Under the pieces are notes generated by a model. The model saw only the letters and a list, made by a program, of their open reading frames with translations, ran no database searches and was not told the DNA's origin. Source: a virus (lineage: Duplodnaviria > Caudoviricetes). From it: a stretch of 64,000 nt of DNA. The first letter of the stretch is position 1, and each line of letters begins with the position of its first letter. The DNA lies in the IMG/VR virus record IMGVR_UViG_2597489997_000001, positions 32,001 through 96,000 of that record; one strand, given 5' to 3'. A program made the translations under genes and the position numbers. Below, in pieces: positions 56,863-64,000 of this stretch.

Positions 56863-57954
56863 ATGATTCCTCAACTCTTAACTTTTGGGAGCGTCATGAC
56901 CCAATTGGCGACTACCATCGGTGTCGCAAAGGAAGGGGCGGCCGGAGCTAAAAAAGTTTTAGACACAGCCTCTTCAGCATACAATGTTTTAAACACGAAC
57001 AGTGTATCGCAGTCCGCCGGTCGTACTCTCATCGCACCAATGGTTGCCGTAGAAAATACATTACTTCATCAGGAATACATGTCAGACCTGATGACTGTGA
57101 TCAACCTGCGTGATATCAAAGATGCATTAACCCACCTGGCTATGCAGGGTTCTGTTAATGGTATCAAGATTGGTTCACTGGTAGATTCTATTAACCCACG
57201 TCGTGCTGGGCTGTTGTCACTGCAAGGTGCCGAAGCATTCGGCGGTGGTAACTCCTGGAATGCAGCAGATAAGAGCAACAAAACCATTGAGAACCGCGTG
57301 ACAGTTGCCGGTAAACAAATGGCTGATCTTACTGAGTATACCCCACTGGCTATCGGTCGTACTGTAGAAGCATCTGCACAGATCGATGGTGTTCAGGTAT
57401 CATTCCCTCTGACCTTCCGTCAGATTCCAGTTCCAGTATCTTCAAATGATCTTCAAACCATCTTTGAAGCAGCTCGTCCTGAAGATGGAATGTTTGCTCG
57501 TTTCATGATGTGGCGTGCTGGTGAAATCACCACTCCTGAATTCCTGACTGGTACTGACCAGATCAAACGTGAGTTCAACATCCGTAAAGACGATATGTCT
57601 GGCTACTATAAAGAAGCTATGGATCGTCAAGCTAAAAACCGTCTCGCTTCTCTGCGTACTGGCGTGCTGAGCATGAACACAATGGCTAACACCATTATCA
57701 TGTCTTCTGACACGGCTCGCAATATCGAACTCGAACTGGGTGTTCGCTTCGATGGTGACGGTATCAACAAAATCAAAAAATCTGTACTGGCTAACACCAT
57801 TGTTGTGGTTGATGACGGTATGGGTGTCTTCACGTTCTATTCTTCTTCGACTAACCGTCCTGAAGAATACACCCGTCGTGAAATCACCGTCGTGTCCAAG
57901 AAGGATACTTCTCTGGACTTGAACTCTCTGATGAAAATGTTTGGTGGGCGTTAA
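56863..57954 (+). CDS. inner-body/head protein (phiKZ gp89-like)
   Basis: LAIGR motif, QGAEA site; synteny. Confidence 0.72.
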   Translation: MIPQLLTFGSVMTQLATTIGVAKEGAAGAKKVLDTASSAYNVLNTNSVSQSAGRTLIAPMVAVENTLLHQEYMSDLMTVINLRDIKDALTHLAMQGSVNGIKIGSLVDSINPRRAGLLSLQGAEAFGGGNSWNAADKSNKTIENRVTVAGKQMADLTEYTPLAIGRTVEASAQIDGVQVSFPLTFRQIPVPVSSNDLQTIFEAARPEDGMFARFMMWRAGEITTPEFLTGTDQIKREFNIRKDDMSGYYKEAMDRQAKNRLASLRTGVLSMNTMANTIIMSSDTARNIELELGVRFDGDGINKIKKSVLANTIVVVDDGMGVFTFYSSSTNRPEEYTRREITVVSKKDTSLDLNSLMKMFGGR

Positions 57955-57957
57955 TCC

Positions 57958-58839
57958 ATGATCATTATTAATGAAACACCTAAGGGTGATGTAGTCGAGG
58001 CCATCAATGATGAACTTGATCATGTCACTGGTCTTCGCGATACCCTGAGTCTGCTGAATGATTCTGGTAAAGCTAACGTCGATACCCTGGAAGGTTACGT
58101 TCAACGTAACGCCGTTCTGAAGAGTATCGAGTCTCAGCTGAAACAGTCTCTGTCTCCACGTGCTACTCTTATTAGTGCATTAGAGAATAGTACCGAACAG
58201 CTGGCTCTGTGGATCCCTAAACTGTCCGACCGTATCAATAAAGGTAGCACCAAGGTCTTTGACCGTGAAACCGTTACCTTTAAAGAGAAAGGAATCCTGG
58301 ACATCGTTGCAGGTATCAACTTCTTCAACCGTTACGCCACCATGGTTCTGGATATCCTCCTGAGTCAGGCTAACAAAGAAGAACGTCTGGAAAACTATCT
58401 GGGCAAAGTTGATTTCGCATTCTTCAACTCCACTTCCAAATACTTCGCTCACTTGCTGGTGAAATTCAGTGAGTCTGTTAAGAACCTGGAAGCTCAGATC
58501 GATGCACTGTCTGACGAAACCTACGATTCTGCATCAGAAGAGATCATTAGTGCCCAGCTGGGTGCTAGCGCTGTGTCCGTTAAGAACATGGCTCCTCATG
58601 AGCTGAACCCGCTGCACTGGTACAAGCGCCGTCAGATGAAAGGTGATGTTAAGACCCTGGTTAAATCCGGTCAAGACATTGACATGCTGGCAATGAAGAT
58701 TGCACGTCTGAACAACCGTCGTAATGGTACTGACAACCCGGATCTGGATCGTCAGATTGAAACTTACCAGGATGCTATCCTGAAGAAACGCGCGAACATG
58801 GTTCGTATCGAGAGCAAATACAATGGCAACAGAGTTTAA
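57958..58839 (+). CDS. inner-body/head protein (phiKZ gp90-like)
   Basis: Helical; LNP.HW and C-terminal coiled segment; synteny. Confidence 0.7.
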   Translation: MIIINETPKGDVVEAINDELDHVTGLRDTLSLLNDSGKANVDTLEGYVQRNAVLKSIESQLKQSLSPRATLISALENSTEQLALWIPKLSDRINKGSTKVFDRETVTFKEKGILDIVAGINFFNRYATMVLDILLSQANKEERLENYLGKVDFAFFNSTSKYFAHLLVKFSESVKNLEAQIDALSDETYDSASEEIISAQLGASAVSVKNMAPHELNPLHWYKRRQMKGDVKTLVKSGQDIDMLAMKIARLNNRRNGTDNPDLDRQIETYQDAILKKRANMVRIESKYNGNRV

Positions 58840-59353
58840 GCATCTTAAATTCGGTCTGGTTCCATCTGCTTTAGATATGGGTGTTGTTGAGAACAGCGAA
58901 ACCGTTGCAAAGAGTTTCCTTGATGCTTTCAACGGTTTTGGTCTGATGCAGGATAACAACTCTCACGTCGAAGTGTTCCAGGTCATGCGTCGTTACATCG
59001 GCAAGGATTTCCGTAACTGGCTGATCGTTAACTTCCGTCATGGTGCTGGCGCTCGTAAAGAGCTGGTAAGAAAGATTGTTGGTTATGTAGAAGGTCGTAT
59101 CTCTGGTCGTTCTGTAATTGGGCAACTGAATATCGACTTCAACCGCATCCAGCATATCTCTGCCAACGGTGAACCGATCACTACATCTATCATCTATGAT
59201 GAGTATGATGAATCCCGTAACAAGTACCGTGTAGAGGACGTTGACTTCAATTCAATTGATGATCGTCACCTGTACGACTTCATGGCACTCATTGGTCCAG
59301 AGATGGCTGCTAAGTTTATCCTGAGCATGGATGGTATCTTCTATGACCGCTAG
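58823..59353 (+). CDS. head protein (phiKZ gp91-like)
   Basis: Synteny. Confidence 0.62.
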   Translation: MATEFKHLKFGLVPSALDMGVVENSETVAKSFLDAFNGFGLMQDNNSHVEVFQVMRRYIGKDFRNWLIVNFRHGAGARKELVRKIVGYVEGRISGRSVIGQLNIDFNRIQHISANGEPITTSIIYDEYDESRNKYRVEDVDFNSIDDRHLYDFMALIGPEMAAKFILSMDGIFYDR

Positions 59354-60608
59354 TGTTCTCAAAGATCTGAAGATGGCTGAGATCTCTTTAGCGAAAGTTC
59401 AAGATGTCGGTAAAATGACGGATGAAGCACGTGACATTCTGAATAACTTCCGTACTGATGTGCGGATTAAAGAAACTGTTCAGAACGCCTTGGAGAATAT
59501 CGAGTCTAAACAAGACTACGAACTGACTCCGAGTATTGCCGCTGAGATTGATAACGTTATCAATACTCACTCTGATATGGCAGTGCGTGCAGGCCAGCCG
59601 GTGATTGCCGGTACTGAAGCTTTCGGGATTTCTCTACTTCCAGCGGAATGGCGTCGTACACGAGCACTAGCTCTGCGCGAAATGCTTGATGAAACGTATC
59701 GTAACATCAAACGCTGGGCTAACCAATTGTCAGACAACTTCCAGCGTACCTGGGTTGAGCTACACACATCCACAGAAGTATTAGAAACTCGCCTGGAATC
59801 CCTTGATGCTACTATTGATGTTGTCGGGGAGATTAAGGAAGGTTTCAAAACGATCGAACTGAATGAGTTAATTGCTCGTTCTATTTCTAAGAGCGGTAAA
59901 GTTATCACTACCGATCTGGATCGCACTTTGCTGGGTGATGTAAACTACATTATGTCTTGTATTAAACTGTGGGAGATGGAACAGGTTCGTTTCAAGAACA
60001 CCATCATCCGTTACTTCGGTAATAAGAACAATACAGACATCACTGTAATCAAGCGTGAAATTCCTAAGATGTTTGATCAACGCCTCAAGGCACCAGGTGA
60101 GGATATTTCCCTGTTGGCTATGGGTACACGTCCAATGCTGGATGGTCATTACTTCGAAGGTTTGACAGTTGCACCACAGTGGATCAAAGATAACATCAAA
60201 GGTCCTGAAGATGCAACCACTTACGCTGAAGCGTTATCTCACACCGGTTACCATGTAATCTCTGATGAGAAATATCGCGTAAATAAAACAACGGTTAACA
60301 TTCTTACTTTGAATCAGATCTATGGTGTTCGTGATATCATCAATACGATCATTAACAGATTGAAATCATTGAATGTTGAAAGTGATCCGGTTAACTTTAA
60401 CCCGGATGATGTTAAGGACGTCCTGAACTCTCTTCGGGCAGCCGAATCTGGTGAAGCACGTGCTTTGCAATATGGTACTATTACTGCTGACTATCAGTTT
60501 GATGTCAATGGTTTTAAAACAGGCGTCTCTGGAGCGTTAACAGTTCTGGCTAGTCATCTGATCACCATGTTGAATCAACATCTCGAATGCTATACCGTCG
60601 AACAATAA
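59331..60608 (+). CDS. head protein (phiKZ gp92-like)
   Basis: IAGTEAF site; synteny. Confidence 0.65.
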   Translation: MVSSMTASVLKDLKMAEISLAKVQDVGKMTDEARDILNNFRTDVRIKETVQNALENIESKQDYELTPSIAAEIDNVINTHSDMAVRAGQPVIAGTEAFGISLLPAEWRRTRALALREMLDETYRNIKRWANQLSDNFQRTWVELHTSTEVLETRLESLDATIDVVGEIKEGFKTIELNELIARSISKSGKVITTDLDRTLLGDVNYIMSCIKLWEMEQVRFKNTIIRYFGNKNNTDITVIKREIPKMFDQRLKAPGEDISLLAMGTRPMLDGHYFEGLTVAPQWIKDNIKGPEDATTYAEALSHTGYHVISDEKYRVNKTTVNILTLNQIYGVRDIINTIINRLKSLNVESDPVNFNPDDVKDVLNSLRAAESGEARALQYGTITADYQFDVNGFKTGVSGALTVLASHLITMLNQHLECYTVEQ

Positions 60609-60610
60609 TA

Positions 60611-60642
60611 GGCTAGGGGTTTCGGCCCCTAGCCCTTTATGT
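60611..60642 (+). terminator. UUCG hairpin plus TTTATG
   Basis: ggctaggggt-ttcg-gcccctagcc-ctttatgt. Confidence 0.75.
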
Positions 60643-60726
60643 ATGTTGTCCGATACTATGCTTAATACATTGCAATGTACATTGGCAGAACCAATTGGTT
60701 ATTCATCTCCTTAAGGAAATAAAGAA

Positions 60727-61767
60727 ATGTCATTTAAAGATATGTTCACCAGCATCGCTGGCCAGGAAAGCGCCGATCTGACCCCAGAAGTTATCGAAGT
60801 TGCTGCCGTTACTGCTGAAGAAGCAGCTGAAGCAATTATCGAAAAAGAACTGGCTGTTCATGAAAAAGACCAGGTAGAAGCTATTGCTCTGGTTGAGAAA
60901 CACGACAACGCTATCGAAGTTCTGGAAGAGAAGATCGAAGAACTGCAAGAGTGTGTTGACGGTATGGAAGCTATGTCTAATGGCTCCCGTGACTTCAACG
61001 CCGAACTGTTCACTCACTTCCACAAAACTGCAATCAAACACGCTAACTCTTTCGGCGCTAAAATGCAGTACCAGGGTGTTGAGAACTTTGCTGACGTTGG
61101 TCTGGCACAGGTCAATGGTTTCGAAGCTCTGAAAGATCTGAAAGAAGTTGCATCTAAGGGCAAAGAAGCCGCTAAGAAATTCCTGGCTGAATTGTTCGCT
61201 CAGGTTTCAGCCGCTATCGGTGCTCTGTTCAATGGCGCTGGCGCGATGGCTAAGAAAGCTGAAGCCATGAAAGCTGCTCTCGGCAAGAAAGAATCCAAAG
61301 AAGGTGATATCACCATCTCTGGTCTGCTGAAAGACAATGGTGCTGATGACTTCCTGAACAAGCTGACCGGTGCTTTTGGTATCGTTAGTTCTGGAGGTTC
61401 CGAAGAAGGCGCTGCTGCTAAAGTTGCCGAAGCTCTGAAGTTTGGTGCCGGTGAATCTCGTTCGGTTAAAGCTCTGTCCATCGCCGATTGTGGTTCTCGT
61501 CTGACTGAAGTTATCAACTTCGGTAAAGGTATTCAGACCATCAAAGGTAAAGCTGAAGCTCTGGTTAAGAGCAACGATGCTGCGGCAGCCAAACTGTTCA
61601 AAGAACGTTCTGCTGACGCTACCGATAAGTTTGATGCAACCAAAGCACAATCCGAAATGCGCAAGTCAGTTAAAGAACTGCTGGCTGGTATCCGTACCGG
61701 TGGTGAAGTGCTGAAGGCTAAACTGAAAGCCGTGCAGGACTCTGTACAAGATAAGAAAGAAGATTAA
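60727..61767 (+). CDS. internal head protein, phiKZ gp93-family paralogue 1
   Basis: Acidic propeptide with AGQES, DGMEA, QGVEN, NGFEA; strong codon bias. Confidence 0.8.
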   Translation: MSFKDMFTSIAGQESADLTPEVIEVAAVTAEEAAEAIIEKELAVHEKDQVEAIALVEKHDNAIEVLEEKIEELQECVDGMEAMSNGSRDFNAELFTHFHKTAIKHANSFGAKMQYQGVENFADVGLAQVNGFEALKDLKEVASKGKEAAKKFLAELFAQVSAAIGALFNGAGAMAKKAEAMKAALGKKESKEGDITISGLLKDNGADDFLNKLTGAFGIVSSGGSEEGAAAKVAEALKFGAGESRSVKALSIADCGSRLTEVINFGKGIQTIKGKAEALVKSNDAAAAKLFKERSADATDKFDATKAQSEMRKSVKELLAGIRTGGEVLKAKLKAVQDSVQDKKED

Positions 61768-61787
61768 TCTTTCTGATTAACTATTAC

Positions 61788-61825
61788 TAGGTAGAAGGGC
61801 TTCGGTCCTTCTACCTAATTTTATG
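61788..61825 (+). terminator. UUCG hairpin plus TTTTATG
   Basis: taggtagaagggc-ttcg-gtccttctaccta-attttatg. Confidence 0.75.
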
Positions 61826-61855
61826 AATTCCAAAATACCGTTAAGGAAATAACAA

Positions 61856-62932
61856 ATGTCTTATCAAGATCTGTTTAAAAATATTCTGGGTGGTGAGTCG
61901 GCGGAACTGACCCCAAGCCAGGTTGATGTAATTGAGAAGACGGCAGAAGAAGTTGCCGAAGATATTATTGAACGTGACATTGCTGTTGCGGAGAAAGACT
62001 TTGCAGTCACTCAAACTACTCTGGAAGCTCATTCCGATAAACTGGAAGTTCTGGATGGTCTGGTTGAAGATCTGGAAGAATCTCTGGATGGGATGGAAGC
62101 CATGACTACTGGTCATTTCAACCCAGAACTGTTTGCGTCTCACTATAACAAAGCAGTTAAGATCGGTAATCGCTTTGGCCTGAACCTGGAACGTCATGGT
62201 GTGGAAAGCTTCTCTTCTAAAGAGACTGCTAACTACACAGTACACGCCGGTGTTGAATCACTGAAAGAAGTCGGTAAGAAAGCTGTGGAAGAAGGTAAGA
62301 AGATTCTGGTTGAAATCTGGAACTCCCTTATCGCGGGTATCAGTAACTTCGTTACTATTTTCAGCTCAGTCAAAACAAAAGCACAAGGGTTGCTGGACGG
62401 CCTGAGCGAAGACAAACTGGTTACCGGTACGGTGAAGCTTCCAAGCGATTCCTTCCTGCTTTACAATGGTAAAACGAATGACTTCTATAAGCGTCTGGTA
62501 AGCATCGCTAGAGCATTCAACAACTACACCCCAAATGAAGACTCCTATACCAATATGGTCAATAGCATAGAAGGTAAAATTGGCGATGGTGGTAAAGTGG
62601 TTGCTAACAAGGACTCTGGTTCTGTTTCTGTTGAGAAGGCTGGTGAAGGTAAATCAGAATCTCAGGCACTGGGTTTGAACGGTGTTAAGTCACTGCTGCT
62701 GGATGTTGTTGAAGGCACTGACGAACTCCTGAAAGCTCAAGCTAACACCAAACAGCTTCAGATGAAACGTGACCAGGCAATTGCCAAAATGGGCTCTGGC
62801 GCTAAAGAAGAGAACTTCGTTAACCAGAAGAAATACGGTCGTCTGTCTTGCAAACTGGTACTGCAAGCTATGGCTGTTCACACTCGTATTCTGAAAGCTC
62901 AGTTCGCTGTTGCTAAAGCAAACTTTAAATAA
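61856..62932 (+). CDS. internal head protein, gp93-family paralogue 2
   Basis: GGES, DGMEA, HGVES, AGVES; FNPELF..H motif. Confidence 0.8.
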   Translation: MSYQDLFKNILGGESAELTPSQVDVIEKTAEEVAEDIIERDIAVAEKDFAVTQTTLEAHSDKLEVLDGLVEDLEESLDGMEAMTTGHFNPELFASHYNKAVKIGNRFGLNLERHGVESFSSKETANYTVHAGVESLKEVGKKAVEEGKKILVEIWNSLIAGISNFVTIFSSVKTKAQGLLDGLSEDKLVTGTVKLPSDSFLLYNGKTNDFYKRLVSIARAFNNYTPNEDSYTNMVNSIEGKIGDGGKVVANKDSGSVSVEKAGEGKSESQALGLNGVKSLLLDVVEGTDELLKAQANTKQLQMKRDQAIAKMGSGAKEENFVNQKKYGRLSCKLVLQAMAVHTRILKAQFAVAKANFK

Positions 62933-62937
62933 TATCT

Positions 62938-62977
62938 AGCTAGAGTGGGGAATTCCCCACTCTAGCTTTATGTTTGT
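62938..62977 (+). terminator. perfect 30-bp palindrome plus TTATGTTTG
   Basis: agctagagtggggaa|ttccccactctagct (62938-62967). Confidence 0.75.
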
Positions 62978-63026
62978 CTGTTGAATATTATGGCCTACTA
63001 CTTAAGTATACTTAAAGGATTTATAT

Positions 63027-64000
63027 ATGTCTTTCAAAGATCTGTTCTCCGGTATCTCTGGTACCGAATCCATGGATATTATTCCAGATACTCAACCTGT
63101 GGTAGTTGAACAAGTTGTGTACAGCCCTGAAGAAGCTGCGCTGATTGTTAATGATCGCGATGTAGCTATTAACGACACTGTCGTCACCCAACTGACCAAC
63201 GTTGTGGATAATACTGCAACGGCTATGGAAGTTCTGACTGATAAAGTTGAAGAACTCCAAACTAGCATCGAAGGTATGGAATCAATGCGTTCCGGTAAAG
63301 TTGAGTTTAACGCGGGTCTGTTCGCTCATCACTATAACAAGGCAGCTAAGATCAGTGCTCAGTTTGGTGCTAAACCACAACATCTGGGTGCTGAGTCTTT
63401 CACTTCCAAGGATGAGCTGGGTCAAGAGCTTCTTGACGGTTGTGAAGCCTTTAAAGATATCGCTAAGAAAGCTGGCGGTAAAGTTAAAGAGATGTTCATT
63501 GCTCTCTATAACGGGTTCCTGGACCTCTTCGATAAATACATCGCTGGGTATAAGAACCTGGGTCAACGTGCCACCACTCTGCTTAGTCAAGTTACTAAAG
63601 ACGCTAAGGATATGGTTGCTGCTGATAAAGTTAAACTCCCAGCTGCATGTGCGTTCGTTGATGATAAAGGTCAAGCGTCCGATATCCCTCAACAGGTTAT
63701 TGCATTGGCTAATGGTCTGAAATCCATTGGCTCTACCGCACATCCTGATGACGTCATGAAAGCAGTTGATTTCGCGACTAAAGGTATTCTGGATCTCGGT
63801 AAGAAATCTCAGATGGGTACCGATGAAACCACCGATACCTATAAAGTAGAATTCAACGACGTTCACTTCACTCTGGTTGTTCCTCGTGAAGTTAAAGGTC
63901 TGGATCAGTTGGCTCTGAAAGATATCGGTACCGATAGCAAAGCTCGTGAAGTAAGTGGAATGGCTCCTAACCAGTTGATCAGCCTGCTGAAAGAAATTGA
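63027..64000 (+). CDS. internal head protein, gp93-family paralogue 3 (runs off the window; not in the ORF track)
   Basis: Manual translation MSFKDLFSGISGTESM...EGMESMRSGKVEFNAGLFAHHYNKA...LGAESF...DGCEAF; AAGGA RBS. Confidence 0.8.
   Translation, partial: MSFKDLFSGISGTESMDIIPDTQPVVVEQVVYSPEEAALIVNDRDVAINDTVVTQLTNVVDNTATAMEVLTDKVEELQTSIEGMESMRSGKVEFNAGLFAHHYNKAAKISAQFGAKPQHLGAESFTSKDELGQELLDGCEAFKDIAKKAGGKVKEMFIALYNGFLDLFDKYIAGYKNLGQRATTLLSQVTKDAKDMVAADKVKLPAACAFVDDKGQASDIPQQVIALANGLKSIGSTAHPDDVMKAVDFATKGILDLGKKSQMGTDETTDTYKVEFNDVHFTLVVPREVKGLDQLALKDIGTDSKAREVSGMAPNQLISLLKEI

Noticed and set aside
63247-63720. 157-aa plus-strand ORF in the track
   Set aside because: Out-of-frame overlap with the real gene starting at 63027, which runs off the window
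1-64000. tRNA, rRNA, inteins, group I introns, reverse transcriptase or genetic-code reassignment
   Set aside because: No cloverleaf or T-loop found by eye in the short intergenic gaps; core ORFs have expected sizes and are uninterrupted under the standard code

Overview
This window is part of the genome of a phiKZ-like, nucleus-forming jumbo phage (Chimalliviridae). The host is probably a gammaproteobacterium, but this cannot be determined from the sequence. It contains the conserved core block in near-canonical order: PhuZ tubulin, both halves of the split family-B DNA polymerase, chimallin (ChmA), four non-virion RNA polymerase subunits (gp55-, gp68-, gp71/73- and gp74-like), an SbcD-like nuclease, ChmC- and PicA-like genes, an SF2 helicase, a virion RNAP beta' fragment (gp80-like), baseplate genes and a run of head/inner-body genes with G-x-E maturation sites. 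The main observations are: (1) a candidate programmed -1 frameshift (T TTT TTC, 44452-44458) that would fuse a gp26-like and a gp51-like tail-assembly ORF; (2) a Tad1 + Acb1 anti-defence pair plus a small orphan gene inserted in the core block; (3) a ChmC-like protein ending in an almost exact copy of the E. coli SSB C-terminal tail; (4) a dispersed intergenic hairpin family (CTAC/GTAG stems, TTATG(TTTG) flank), including an exact 32-bp inverted pair; (5) a recurring early-promoter motif, duplicated with its leader before two nvRNAP subunit genes; and (6) several accessory islands of paralogues. phiKZ gene numbers come from motifs plus remembered synteny, not from database searches. Start codons were moved from the ORF track where an RBS indicated a better start. 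No tRNA, rRNA or CRISPR array was seen.
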